Below are positions 37,916-48,669 of a DNA stretch of 64,000 nt, piece by piece (the stretch's first letter is position 1; each line of letters starts with the position of its first letter). Under the pieces are notes generated by a model. It was not told where the DNA came from. It searched no databases and saw only the letters and a program-made list of their open reading frames with translations. Position numbers and translations under genes: made by a program. Location of the stretch: positions 2,705 through 66,704 of the forward strand of contig JALFFX010000055.1 of assembly GCA_022777645.1 (NCBI GenBank), written 5' to 3'. This stretch comes from Erysipelotrichaceae bacterium (lineage in GTDB: Bacteria; Bacillota_I; Bacilli_A; RFN20; CAG-826).

Positions 37916-39007
37916 TTAGTTTGTGAAATCGTAGTATCTTACGATGCCAGCATCATTTGAGCTCTCATTGTATGGTAATTGAACTTGAGAAACTTGACCA
38001 ACGAAGATAGAAGTATAAGCAGCTTTATCAACGTTTGGTAATGTGACATAGTGTTGAATTGGATATGGCATATCCATTCTGACGTAATCTTTTTCTTTAC
38101 GATAAGCAACTACTCTACCTTTGCTATTAGTACCAATTGCATTTAAGTCTGGTCTACCAACAATTGTGAGTTTGAATTTTTCTCCACCTTGTGCTTTTGC
38201 TAAGTTATGTTCCTTAATGAAATCAAATAAGGAATTGCTGTACAATGCACTAAATCTGGAAACTAAGTCTGACATCATCCATGTTGGAACAAGGAGTGTG
38301 TCTGGTAATAAATTGACGTTCATGTTGCTATCATTTAAGACATCTAAGAAGATACCATTAATAAATGCAACAACGACATCATCATTATATCCTTCAAAAC
38401 CAGAACCAGTTGTAGCGGAGTTCGTGATTGAAGTGACTTTAACTTTTGTTGAGTTGAATAAACCTGTGTCACCATTAATACCTAAATAAGCAACGTTTTG
38501 GCAGAAGTAATCCCAACCAGCTCTAATACCATCTTGATAAATTTGTTCGATGGATTTAGAAAGAGCAGCTTTCTTCATTTTTTCTAATTCTACAAATCTT
38601 AAATCATAAGCGATTTCATATGTGTAGACTTTTGCGGTATTTTGTGTCATACCAGCATTGACTCTTGGAATAAGGTTTCCACCATTTCCGAAGAGATTTC
38701 TTGTATCATTCATAATACCAGCCCAGTTGACTGTGTAGTATTCAATGAAATCTACAAATCCACCACCAGTTTCGATTGGGACATCTTGAGCATAAGTGAA
38801 GAAGACTTTTGGCTCATATGTCTTTTGGTGTAATTTTGCTAATTTTGTTTGTAAGAAGGTGAAGTTAGCATCGAAAACTTTGGTGTCATTAACGAACATT
38901 CTCTTTTGCATGCCAGTTAATGGGACAGCTTTTCCTCTATGTTTACGAGCGATAGAGTCAGAAAATCTGTATTTTGTTTCACTAGATGTAAATACGTTAT
39001 TCATCAT
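37916..39007 (-). CDS. major capsid protein (DUF2184-like)
   Basis: 363 aa; preceded by a decoration-like and an acidic scaffold-like gene in the DUF2213-DUF2190-DUF2184 arrangement. Confidence 0.55.
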   Translation of the reverse strand: MMNNVFTSSETKYRFSDSIARKHRGKAVPLTGMQKRMFVNDTKVFDANFTFLQTKLAKLHQKTYEPKVFFTYAQDVPIETGGGFVDFIEYYTVNWAGIMNDTRNLFGNGGNLIPRVNAGMTQNTAKVYTYEIAYDLRFVELEKMKKAALSKSIEQIYQDGIRAGWDYFCQNVAYLGINGDTGLFNSTKVKVTSITNSATTGSGFEGYNDDVVVAFINGIFLDVLNDSNMNVNLLPDTLLVPTWMMSDLVSRFSALYSNSLFDFIKEHNLAKAQGGEKFKLTIVGRPDLNAIGTNSKGRVVAYRKEKDYVRMDMPYPIQHYVTLPNVDKAAYTSIFVGQVSQVQLPYNESSNDAGIVRYYDFTN

Positions 39008-39017
39008 TCATTCCTCC

Positions 39018-39500
39018 TTATTTAATCAAGATTTCAGCTAATTTAGCTGTTCCTTGTAATTCAGTGACTCCTGTGAATTCCCAACCAAGTGCAATATTGC
39101 TTGAACTTACAGTTGTTAATTTACCAGCAGCGGTAACATATACTGGAGCACCTTCAACAGCAGCTGCTAAATCAGCAGCACTGTCTAATTCAACTGCCAC
39201 GAAACCACGAACAATTAAATTGAATTGTTCACCAGCTTTTGTTGCGACTGAACCAGTTGCAGCTGGATAGGTATCAGGGACTTTAACGTTTGTGGCTAAC
39301 AAGACACCAGCAACTTGTGAAGCAACAGTTAAACTTGCAGCAACTTTATATAAGCTGTGACTTGTGCCATGCATCATAACATCACCGTTATGAGCAGTTC
39401 CGGATTCCAAAGTAGCTGGCGCAACATCATATTTGTCACTAACAGTAGGATAGCCAGCCATTAATTTTTGAATTCCGTTTTTTCCAAGAATTAAACTCAT
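39018..39500 (-). CDS. head decoration protein (DUF2190-like) candidate
   Basis: 160-aa A/G/V/T-rich beta protein immediately upstream of the capsid gene. Confidence 0.45.
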   Translation of the reverse strand: MSLILGKNGIQKLMAGYPTVSDKYDVAPATLESGTAHNGDVMMHGTSHSLYKVAASLTVASQVAGVLLATNVKVPDTYPAATGSVATKAGEQFNLIVRGFVAVELDSAADLAAAVEGAPVYVTAAGKLTTVSSSNIALGWEFTGVTELQGTAKLAEILIK

Positions 39501-39521
39501 GATTTGTTTCTCCTTTTCTTC

Positions 39522-40103
39522 CTATTTTCTGAGTTGATTTTTGTAAAATTTATCAAATGAGTCATCAATGTCTTCTTCATCATCGCTCTCATTTAATACA
39601 TCATTGTTTTGCTCGATTTCTTCAACAGAGTCTTCAAGTGCAATATCTTCTTCATCTTCGATTTCTTCGTCTGTGAGTCCATCTTCAGCATCTTCGTCTT
39701 CGTCGCCTTCATCGACATCGACTTCTTCTGAACTTTCTTCCATTACAATTCCTTTATTTTTTTCTTCATCTTCAATTGCTTCATCAACATCAACTTCGTC
39801 TTTTTCGACTTCTTCATCGACATCGACTTCTTCTTTAGCATCTTCAGACTTTGCTAATTTTAATAAATCAGGAATAAGTGGAATAAATTCTTTGAGAATT
39901 TGAATTTCTTCTTCAGATAATTCTTTATCTTTTTTCGCAGCATCATCGATATTTTCTTCAGTAACACATGTACAATCTTCTAAGTTTTTACCGCATTTTT
40001 GACAAAGTTCATCTTTTTCTTCATCAAATTCAAACTTTTTAAGTTTTTCACTATCAATGATACGTGTCTTTTTTGTTGAATTATTTATAATTTTAAATCT
40101 CAT
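39522..40103 (-). CDS. highly acidic protein, scaffold candidate
   Basis: D/E runs (EEVDVDEEVEKDEVDVD); CxxC...CxC near the N-terminus. Confidence 0.4.
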   Translation of the reverse strand: MRFKIINNSTKKTRIIDSEKLKKFEFDEEKDELCQKCGKNLEDCTCVTEENIDDAAKKDKELSEEEIQILKEFIPLIPDLLKLAKSEDAKEEVDVDEEVEKDEVDVDEAIEDEEKNKGIVMEESSEEVDVDEGDEDEDAEDGLTDEEIEDEEDIALEDSVEEIEQNNDVLNESDDEEDIDDSFDKFYKNQLRK

Positions 40104-40185
40104 AATTTACAAAACCATTTCCTTTCATAAATTATTATAATCTATATTTTTTATAAATATACAAATAATTTTCATTTTTTATACA

Positions 40186-40671
40186 TTAATTAACTTTAAT
40201 TAATTTACATTTCACATATTTTTGTAATTTTTTTAAATCATATAAATATCTGTTCTCGTCGTCCTGATTTAATAGGGTACCAAGATTATTCACATTGTGA
40301 ATTGTAGCAATGAAAACAGCTTTTACATAATATTCTATTTCAATAACAAACTCTGTAAGTTTGCTTTGAATTTCATTTTCACTAATATCTCTCTCAAGTA
40401 TGTCTGTGATAATTATATCTAATACACTATCTAATCGATCGTTTATATATATTAAACATTTATCTAATATATGTCGTCCTGGCAACATCATTGTACCTGT
40501 TTCAGTAAAGTACATTATATCTGCTATAGACATTTGAGTCGTTGATGTAGTTTCATCTGTATTTAAGACATCTACATCAACGACCTTTGTTCCATCTTCC
40601 TGGAAAATTCCAAACTCTATACGGAACTTATTTAATATATTTAATTTATCAATATTAATGAAATTGTCCAT
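40186..40671 (-). CDS. hypothetical protein
   Basis: 161-aa ORF. Confidence 0.5.
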   Translation of the reverse strand: MDNFINIDKLNILNKFRIEFGIFQEDGTKVVDVDVLNTDETTSTTQMSIADIMYFTETGTMMLPGRHILDKCLIYINDRLDSVLDIIITDILERDISENEIQSKLTEFVIEIEYYVKAVFIATIHNVNNLGTLLNQDDENRYLYDLKKLQKYVKCKLIKVN

Positions 40672-40674
40672 TAA

Positions 40675-41139
40675 TTATTTTTCTTCAATCTTGGTTTTTA
40701 TTGCTTCTTTTTGAGCAGCTGTTAAAACCATAACAGATTCGATTAATTCAATCATTTCATCGGCTTTTGCGCTTTTACCTTTGAATAGAGATAACACTTT
40801 AACAAATAATGCTCTTCCACCTAAATCACGATAGATAGGATAGAGTAATTGAGTGCAACTCCACACTGCAGAAAAATTACCAAGCAATAATTTCCAATCA
40901 GAAAAACCTAAATGAAAAATTCCATGATAAGCGCAAACAACACCTGCTGAAAATAATGGCACTAAAATTACATAAATATGACTCATGATTTTAGAAAGTT
41001 TTGCTTTCTTTTCATCATTAGCATTTTTGTTAGGAATAACTTTTGTGAAAATTTTAATAATTCCAATAAGAACCATAATAATTAATGCCATGAGAACAAT
41101 TGGCAATGCATATTTACTTAAAACTTCTTCAAATGTCAT
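40675..41139 (-). CDS. membrane protein, 2-3 TM helices (holin-like)
   Basis: hydrophobic helices ALPIVLMALIIMVLIGII and VILVPLFSAGVVCAY. Confidence 0.45.
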   Translation of the reverse strand: MTFEEVLSKYALPIVLMALIIMVLIGIIKIFTKVIPNKNANDEKKAKLSKIMSHIYVILVPLFSAGVVCAYHGIFHLGFSDWKLLLGNFSAVWSCTQLLYPIYRDLGGRALFVKVLSLFKGKSAKADEMIELIESVMVLTAAQKEAIKTKIEEK

Positions 41140-41219
41140 AACTTTTCACCTTCCTTATATTGCTTTTAATAACGCGCTAATTAGACTTAAAATTTTACAT
41201 AGAAAACTGGCGCCATTTT

Positions 41220-41591
41220 CTATAACCCCAATTTTTTTGACTCTTCAGGTAATAGAGTTTCAATTACTTCTTTCTTGTCTGCGAGTGCAGCCTTGAGTTC
41301 AGCAATTTTAGCGTCTAACTCTTCAATTAAAGCTTTTTGAGGTGCGATAGATGCTTCTTTCTTTTCTTTAACAGTATCAATTAAAGCTTGTAAACCATCA
41401 ATTTGTTTTTGATAATTTAAGATTTGACCTTCAAATTGACATTCTGTGTTTTTGATGCTAGCTTCAGCAACTGCTTTTTCTTTTTTAACTGCATCAACAT
41501 CAGCGATGACTTTTTCGACTTCTTCCTTTAAGTCGGAAACTTCAACTTCTTTGACCTCATAGACAACGCCGTCGATAACTTTGTATGCCAT
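41220..41591 (-). CDS. coiled-coil protein
   Basis: heptad-rich K/E sequence. Confidence 0.5.
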   Translation of the reverse strand: MAYKVIDGVVYEVKEVEVSDLKEEVEKVIADVDAVKKEKAVAEASIKNTECQFEGQILNYQKQIDGLQALIDTVKEKKEASIAPQKALIEELDAKIAELKAALADKKEVIETLLPEESKKLGL

Positions 41592-41612
41592 AATTTCTTC
41601 CTCCTTCCTTGA

Positions 41613-42281
41613 TTACCAGTCAATTATACCATATTTGTTTAAGAAGAACTTGATTACTAAGAAAATAACTCCTATTAATGCAAGTATCGCAACAAATATA
41701 ATAACTTTACGTGCAGATTTAGTAAATGCAGCAAATCTTTCAGTTATAGCATTTACACAATCCATTGTGACATTTATTACACCAGTGATAAAACCAACAA
41801 CTGTGTAATAAACAATTAATAATGGTATCAATATGAACATTAATGCTTTAAGCATTTTGTTAGGTAAAGGTTTTTTCAAACCAATTAAATCAGCAATGCC
41901 TTCATATATACCATAATTAGCATTTTGTAATTGTTTTTCTGTTTCAGAACTTTTAACTTGTTCTTGTTTTAATGAAGTATCAGCAGCAGTTTTTAATTCA
42001 TCTTTTTTCTTTTCAGTAATATTTTCTACTAATTCTTCATCTTCAACAGCACGACTTGTAGCAGCTAAACCAACTAAATCTTTAGCTTGTTCAGTGACTG
42101 ATTTACTTCTATCAAGTTCAAAATGAATGTCAGTTTTAGGGACATCGATAATGTGATGTTCTTTATCATCACTTGATGTAGTAGCTGGAACAGAAGTACT
42201 TGTGTCTTTTTCAACAGTGTCTTTTTCAACAGTGTCTTCTATCAATACTTCTTGTTTAACAATTTTTTCTTCTTCAGTCAT
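41613..42281 (-). CDS. membrane protein with two C-terminal TM helices
   Basis: LMFILIPLLIVYYTVVGFITGV and VIIFVAILALIGVIFLVI. Confidence 0.5.
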   Translation of the reverse strand: MTEEEKIVKQEVLIEDTVEKDTVEKDTSTSVPATTSSDDKEHHIIDVPKTDIHFELDRSKSVTEQAKDLVGLAATSRAVEDEELVENITEKKKDELKTAADTSLKQEQVKSSETEKQLQNANYGIYEGIADLIGLKKPLPNKMLKALMFILIPLLIVYYTVVGFITGVINVTMDCVNAITERFAAFTKSARKVIIFVAILALIGVIFLVIKFFLNKYGIIDW

Positions 42282-42301
42282 ATTTTACCTTCCTTAGAGT
42301 A

Positions 42302-44536
42302 TTATATAATTTCACCCTTTTCTTCTGCTATATTTAATTGTTCTTTAATTTCTTTTCTGAGTCGACCTTTTGACTTAGATTTTTCTTCCTCATTTTCTGA
42401 GTCTTCAGTATCTTCTCTATTTAATCTTTTCAATGCATTTTGTAATTTATGCATTGCTTTTTGATAAAAGTGTTGTGAATGTTCTTCATTAGATACAGAG
42501 TCTTTCCATTGTCTAATATCACCTAAACTTAAATTTGAGTCATGCCATACTTCAATATAATTTGTATTAGAATTTTTAATAGTCATTTGATTATCTACTT
42601 TAATTCCTAATTTTTCTAATGCAGAAATTAATCTTATTATATTTGCTTTTGCCATATAAGGTGTGACTTCTTCAGCATATCTGATAACAATATTTTGTCC
42701 TCTTGTACCGAAATCAATTTTTACATCTTCTCCCAATATATCATGAATTGATTCTATAATACGTGGGTCGAGTGCAGCTGCGTCACCTGTGTATTCCTTT
42801 TTAACTATATTATTTAGATATTCACGCTTCCAAGTTTCAACAGCAGCAATTAAATCTTCATATGTTTTGAAATTTCTACTAAATATTCTTTCTTGGTCAC
42901 TTCCATCTCTATTTTCTTCAATAATAGAAACATATAAATCTCTTGGTTGTTCAATACTTCCATGACCATAAATGAATATTGTAATTACTTTTCCATTTGG
43001 AGCAATTCTTACTGAGTTAATTGACTCTCCGCGTTTTTTCATTCTTAATACTAACTCTTCAATATCTAAATCTTGCAAATGACCATTAAACATTTCTTTA
43101 GATAAAGAATCGTTTACTATTTCTTTTTTATATTCAGGTGATAATCTACCTGTATCATATGAATTAAGATATGCAATTAGATAACCGCCCTGACCTTTCA
43201 CTCCATAAATATCAGCTGATGTGTACTCGTTTTCTTTATCTTCACTTTCTGTTTTTTCAAGAATTTCTTTTGCTTTCTTTTCAGCTTCTTCATATGTTGC
43301 AAATTCATTATCAGAATCTGATTTAAACCAGTCGTCGTTTCTATAAGAAGTTGCATTATATATTATTCCATCACGTTTAACAAGTCTATGATGTTCAACT
43401 CTAAGATGGAAATAATCATATTCTTCAGATTTAGGGTCTTTAACAATCACTCTATTTGTCATTTTATCTTTAATAGAGTCTTTCACTTCTGATTTTGTGA
43501 TTATAGCCCATTCAATATTTTCTTCATCTTTTTTAAACAACACAGTTTTACCTGTTTCAAGACTTTCAGCATAAATCACATTATTGACAATTTTACTAAC
43601 TTTATATTGTTTACCTTGTTTACCAAACTCTTGAATTAATGTTCCTTTTGAAACAGAATCTCTCATTTCAATTGTCATTGGTTTAGTATCACCAATTTCA
43701 CCTAAAGGAGAAGTGAAACTTTTCTTATAAACAATATATGGTTCAAATTCTTTAACAATTGTTGTATAGATTTTTTCACCATTTGCTTTAACAAATTCTT
43801 TTTCTTCAGGAGTTAATTGTCTATTAAATCTGTTAACTAAATCATGGAGAATAAGTTGGTTAATCCACTTTTTAGCAGTATCAGGTAATTCATAATCACT
43901 ATTTGCTTGTGTAAAACAAATATCATTCATAGCATGTAATAGTTTTTCAGAATCGAATGATGCTTTTTTATCTTTAATTGATTCAATGCCCCATTCTTTC
44001 TTTTCTTTTTTACTATCTTGAATGCGAGCAATGCCTGCTCTTCCTTGTTCACATAATGCAACATGGTTTCCACGAATATTAATTTGTGAATAATTTCCTT
44101 TTCCATCATCTTCAATATCACAATCATATCCACATGATAAATCAGTTCTTACACCATTTTCAATATCTTCAATTGTTGGTTGGTCAGTAATCAATAAATC
44201 ACCCAACATGACATCTTGACCTTCTGATTTTCCACGATGAATATTAAATGTATGACCAACAGCTAAATCAGCATAATTTTCTGGTCCAACATCAACATCA
44301 GGATGCTCAACACAAATTGGTTTATTCTCAAATGATGCCATTGTTAAATCATCAAATACTTCAGTTGCTTTTCTATCAACATCAACAATTTCATCTGACT
44401 CTTTATCTGGGAAAATTTCAGATAATAAATATTGTTGTTTGCCTGTACGAGATAAAACTGCATCTTTACAAATAAGATACCCTTCAGGTGTTTTATATTT
44501 ATGTTCGCTTAATTTAATAGTCGCTAACATTTTCAT
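42302..44536 (-). CDS. head morphogenesis protein (DUF2213-like N-terminus; prohead protease/scaffold candidate)
   Basis: 744 aa at the head of the capsid module; N-terminal ~190 aa of DUF2213 type. Confidence 0.4.
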   Translation of the reverse strand: MKMLATIKLSEHKYKTPEGYLICKDAVLSRTGKQQYLLSEIFPDKESDEIVDVDRKATEVFDDLTMASFENKPICVEHPDVDVGPENYADLAVGHTFNIHRGKSEGQDVMLGDLLITDQPTIEDIENGVRTDLSCGYDCDIEDDGKGNYSQINIRGNHVALCEQGRAGIARIQDSKKEKKEWGIESIKDKKASFDSEKLLHAMNDICFTQANSDYELPDTAKKWINQLILHDLVNRFNRQLTPEEKEFVKANGEKIYTTIVKEFEPYIVYKKSFTSPLGEIGDTKPMTIEMRDSVSKGTLIQEFGKQGKQYKVSKIVNNVIYAESLETGKTVLFKKDEENIEWAIITKSEVKDSIKDKMTNRVIVKDPKSEEYDYFHLRVEHHRLVKRDGIIYNATSYRNDDWFKSDSDNEFATYEEAEKKAKEILEKTESEDKENEYTSADIYGVKGQGGYLIAYLNSYDTGRLSPEYKKEIVNDSLSKEMFNGHLQDLDIEELVLRMKKRGESINSVRIAPNGKVITIFIYGHGSIEQPRDLYVSIIEENRDGSDQERIFSRNFKTYEDLIAAVETWKREYLNNIVKKEYTGDAAALDPRIIESIHDILGEDVKIDFGTRGQNIVIRYAEEVTPYMAKANIIRLISALEKLGIKVDNQMTIKNSNTNYIEVWHDSNLSLGDIRQWKDSVSNEEHSQHFYQKAMHKLQNALKRLNREDTEDSENEEEKSKSKGRLRKEIKEQLNIAEEKGEII

Positions 44537-44615
44537 AAACTTTCTCCTTTTTAATAAAAATTATTTTTTTTTTAACAAAAATATTATAAATCATATTTTT
44601 TGCAAATTGACAAAA

Positions 44616-45629
44616 TTAATTTCTTTGATTTAATGTTAATCGTAATAATTCATCAGAAGTATATGTTGTAACGACAGTAAAATCTAATAAATAGTTATGA
44701 TTTGATATTGTACTATTATAATAACCAATATTTGTGACATCAGGAACAGATGCTATCATTGAAATTGCAATCGCATCTAAAATACCTTTGTTTCTAATTT
44801 TATCAAAAATTGGTAAACCATAATCTGGACGATACCATAATTCTTTTTTAACCACAGAAATTCTTTGTGTAATATTATCTCTAACTCCACGTTGTCTTTC
44901 TGAATAATTGATATTTTGTTCAAACTTATAATAATTTAAGTTTGCATTCCAATCGCCAGGTTTTCTTAATGTTAATACATATTTACCTGTTGAGAAATTA
45001 TAAGCATACCAAGTATTAGATGTCCAGTCATCTGAGTATCTCACTTGTTCTCTTAAACTTAAATCTGGGTCTGGTAAAATTCTAGTATTTAAAATTTCAA
45101 CATAACCAGAATAAATTTCATCAGAAAAACGAATTTGATTTTCTGATACTGTAATAATATCTGAGTTTAAATATACTTTATTTTCAGACACAACAGCATC
45201 GTCATAATCTAATGTTAATTGATGATTGACAATCAAGTTATCTTTTAAAAATGCTTTTAAATAAATATATCGATTTGTAAAATCAAATCCATTTGTTGCT
45301 TTATTTGTATCAATAATAAAGTCAATAACTTCACCATCTTCAGTAGTATAAGATACAATTTTATTTTGTAAATCTATATACAATATAGCAAATTTTCCAT
45401 TAGTATCTTGTTTTGTTCTATATTCATATGTTGTTTCTGTTTCACTGTATTTGAAAAAGCCAGTCACGCGACAGTAAATATCATCTGATTTAGTAGTTAT
45501 ATCATTTTTTTCAATAAATGTTAAAGTTGCTTCATTTTCTTCAATAATTCCACCACTACCAAACCAAACTACATTTTTATGTAATTTATTGTTTTCATCT
45601 GTATATTCATATAACTTTCTACATCTCAT
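44616..45629 (-). CDS. baseplate / tail fibre-associated protein
   Basis: position after baseplate genes. Confidence 0.4.
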   Translation of the reverse strand: MRCRKLYEYTDENNKLHKNVVWFGSGGIIEENEATLTFIEKNDITTKSDDIYCRVTGFFKYSETETTYEYRTKQDTNGKFAILYIDLQNKIVSYTTEDGEVIDFIIDTNKATNGFDFTNRYIYLKAFLKDNLIVNHQLTLDYDDAVVSENKVYLNSDIITVSENQIRFSDEIYSGYVEILNTRILPDPDLSLREQVRYSDDWTSNTWYAYNFSTGKYVLTLRKPGDWNANLNYYKFEQNINYSERQRGVRDNITQRISVVKKELWYRPDYGLPIFDKIRNKGILDAIAISMIASVPDVTNIGYYNSTISNHNYLLDFTVVTTYTSDELLRLTLNQRN

Positions 45630-45635
45630 ATATTA

Positions 45636-46451
45636 TTATCCCCATAAATAATAGCTAACAGGAGTTTCAGGTTCTTCAGGAGTAGCAAATTTTGCATCAT
45701 CAAACATTGATAAATTGTCAATGTTTTGAATCGTTCTTTGATAAGAAATACCAAGAGACTCAATTGTTAAAAGTCCATTTAAAAACAAATATCTCATAGT
45801 TGGTGTAAATACTGGTGAAGCACCATTTGACCAATAAATTGTAACTGTAGCAGAATCAACATTTTGTTGTTCAGTCAAATTATATTGTGTGACATAATAT
45901 AAATTTATTTCATCTGCATTTTTTGAATTTTCAGCACCATATAAAGCAGCAAGTTCTTCACGAGTTCCATTAAAATATTGCTTACGAATTTGCATTTTAA
46001 TATATGTTAAAAATTCTTTATTATTCAATGTCACGAATTTTTTAGAAATTAAATCATCTTCTGTTGTAGGTGATGTATTAATATAATTTCCATTTTCATC
46101 AAGAGCAGAACATTTAATTGTTATATTTCTTGTACAGTTAAAAATTGCACCAACTTTATCTAACATTTCAATAGGAACAAAATAATTTCCATTACCATCT
46201 TTTATCGCACCCTTAGTTTTTGAAGATACATTGTCAGCATCTTTAAGATAATACGTATAATAATCTTTATCTGGATTGACAACATTTAAGATGTCATAAT
46301 ATTCAAAAAGTTTATTATAAAAAGTATCAATTGATGTAAGTATGTTCCAAAAAATTCTCATTCTATCTTCAAAGCCATGAGACTCATTCATAAATAGGCT
46401 CATGCGTTGTAAATAGTATTCAAGTTCAAGTAATTCTTTTTTAGCAATCAT
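45636..46451 (-). CDS. baseplate-associated protein
   Basis: position. Confidence 0.4.
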   Translation of the reverse strand: MIAKKELLELEYYLQRMSLFMNESHGFEDRMRIFWNILTSIDTFYNKLFEYYDILNVVNPDKDYYTYYLKDADNVSSKTKGAIKDGNGNYFVPIEMLDKVGAIFNCTRNITIKCSALDENGNYINTSPTTEDDLISKKFVTLNNKEFLTYIKMQIRKQYFNGTREELAALYGAENSKNADEINLYYVTQYNLTEQQNVDSATVTIYWSNGASPVFTPTMRYLFLNGLLTIESLGISYQRTIQNIDNLSMFDDAKFATPEEPETPVSYYLWG

Positions 46452-46452
46452 T

Positions 46453-48210
46453 TTAATCAGCTACCTTAATATAAATATAACCTGTTGAATAAATATTACC
46501 TGATGTTTCAGGAGTTTCAAAATAAATATCTGACTCAGTAAATTGTAAGTATGTGTTCTTTAAATTTAGCAATGTATCTGTTGCACCTTTGATAGAAGTG
46601 CCAATTGCAAAAAATGTTGACATAGCATTTTTATTAATATCAGCTTTTTGAACAACTGAGCTGATAGATGTTGCATTCAAATCTTCACCAAGACTAATAT
46701 TATTTAAGTAATACAATAAATCATTAACAATTGACTTTTCAACATCTGACTCAGCATGATGTAAAGTTCCATTTGTTCTATTTGTTGCAAAGTTGAATGA
46801 GTTATTAACTAACATTAATTGTACTTTAATGCCATATTTCACTGTTGTTTTACCATCAGTTTTTTCATCATATTGTAAGAATGTATAAGGTGTGCACTTT
46901 TTCCAATAAATATTATAAGTAAGATTTGACGCTTTATTAATTTGATAATTAACAACTTCACCTGTAATTTGATTTTTCTCACAAACATTTGTATTGTCTG
47001 TAAATGTTTCAACAGTTGCATTTTCTTGTAATTGATAATATTGTCCAAATGTTGTTGACCAGTTATCTGGTTGTGATGTTGTTAGAATATAAACATTATT
47101 GACTGAGTCATAACTGTAGATTGTATTAGCAGACCAAGTTGAACTTGTATTTGCTGTTGCAGTTAATTGAGTATATTTTGAATAATTTTGTATCCAGTCA
47201 GCTGGTTGAGTTAAAATTTTTGTATATGATAAACCAGCATAAGGAATAGTTGGAATTCCTGGAGTCATTTTATTATAAATTAATGAACCTAAAATTGATT
47301 TATCAATATGAGCATTTTCATCATATCTAACACAAATATAAGTACAATGTTGAGGAACAACAGTTCCATCATCCATAATTTCATCAGTTGTTGATTTATT
47401 ATCATAAGCCCAAACATCTTTAATTCCTTCGATATTAAGAATTGCACCTTCAAGTCCAGATAAAACTGTTGTAGCTTGATTGCCCATTGACTGAATTCTT
47501 CTACTGCGTAAACTTTCATCAGTTTCACGAACATTACCTACAACAGCATCAGTTTGTTGATATACTTTCCATTTACCATATTCAACTGTTTGATTAATAA
47601 ATCCTGAATTATCTTCATTTAAACTATTCCAGTCAACTTTTGAAATATCAGTACCATTACCTATTGCAATATTTGCACCAAGTTCTTGACATTCAACATC
47701 TGTTAATAATTGAATTGCTCCATCTCCTTCAGCATCCCATGAAATAACATTATTTGGTGAAATAACTGAACCATCTGCTTGATTAATACCTGGGTTTTTC
47801 CATAACCATTCTTTACCTGCTTTATCAATAAATGAGATAAATTTTACATTTGTTTGAGCAACACCAGAAATGTTTTTGACATATAACTGAGCAGTTGATG
47901 CAGTTTCATTGATACGAGAGATATTATTATATGAGCAAAGAATGTCTAAAAAGGAGCCTGTCGCAGATGCTGGGTCAAGCATATCATATGAATATTGAAT
48001 AACTTGACACATATTATTGATAATTAAAGCAATACTATTAATCCATTGACCATCAGCATTTGCTGAATTAACATCAATGTCATTACCGTAAATTCTCTTC
48101 ATTTGTTTAATAAGAGTGTCACGAATATCTGCGAAAGATGCGACCTGAATGCCGCCTTGTGTAATTTTTATAAAACTGCTAATATCAACATTTTGCTCAA
48201 ATATTGCCAT
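46453..48210 (-). CDS. baseplate J-like protein
   Basis: N-terminal ...DIRDTLIKQM...ASATGSFLDILCSYNNISR resembles the baseplate-J signature A.G..LD.lg...G..R. Confidence 0.5.
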   Translation of the reverse strand: MAIFEQNVDISSFIKITQGGIQVASFADIRDTLIKQMKRIYGNDIDVNSANADGQWINSIALIINNMCQVIQYSYDMLDPASATGSFLDILCSYNNISRINETASTAQLYVKNISGVAQTNVKFISFIDKAGKEWLWKNPGINQADGSVISPNNVISWDAEGDGAIQLLTDVECQELGANIAIGNGTDISKVDWNSLNEDNSGFINQTVEYGKWKVYQQTDAVVGNVRETDESLRSRRIQSMGNQATTVLSGLEGAILNIEGIKDVWAYDNKSTTDEIMDDGTVVPQHCTYICVRYDENAHIDKSILGSLIYNKMTPGIPTIPYAGLSYTKILTQPADWIQNYSKYTQLTATANTSSTWSANTIYSYDSVNNVYILTTSQPDNWSTTFGQYYQLQENATVETFTDNTNVCEKNQITGEVVNYQINKASNLTYNIYWKKCTPYTFLQYDEKTDGKTTVKYGIKVQLMLVNNSFNFATNRTNGTLHHAESDVEKSIVNDLLYYLNNISLGEDLNATSISSVVQKADINKNAMSTFFAIGTSIKGATDTLLNLKNTYLQFTESDIYFETPETSGNIYSTGYIYIKVAD

Positions 48211-48266
48211 AAATTTATCTCCTTACTATTTTAATTCTATATCATTTATTAATGATTTGAAATAAA

Positions 48267-48668
48267 TTAATCAACATGTGATGCCATTAATGGTATTACA
48301 ATACCATATTTTAATGAATGTGTAAGTGGGTCATTAGTCATTTTTGGTTTATAATCAATAGCATTTAAACTTGAAATAAAATTCAAATCACAAAACACAA
48401 TTAATACAATATCATTTACTGCATATTTATGTTTTTTATCAAAATAATATGCTTGTATCGCATATTCTTGTTGATTATAATTTAATGGAAAAGGTTTGAC
48501 TCTAAGACAACCATAAATACTACCTTCTGTTCCTGCTTCTAATACAATTTCTTGAACATATGCTAAAGTTGCAACATGTGTATCTAACATTGTTTTTTCT
48601 TTCATCACATTTAATACATCTAATAATGATGATGCTTTTGAAACTTTTCCTTCTAAATTTTCTCTCAT
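48267..48668 (-). CDS. small baseplate protein
   Basis: position upstream of the J-like gene. Confidence 0.4.
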   Translation of the reverse strand: MRENLEGKVSKASSLLDVLNVMKEKTMLDTHVATLAYVQEIVLEAGTEGSIYGCLRVKPFPLNYNQQEYAIQAYYFDKKHKYAVNDIVLIVFCDLNFISSLNAIDYKPKMTNDPLTHSLKYGIVIPLMASHVD

Positions 48669-48669
48669 A

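Noticed and set aside
39568-39903. 111-aa Ser-rich + strand ORF
   Set aside because: Antisense reading of the GAA/GAT-rich acidic gene 39522..40103; low-complexity artefact.
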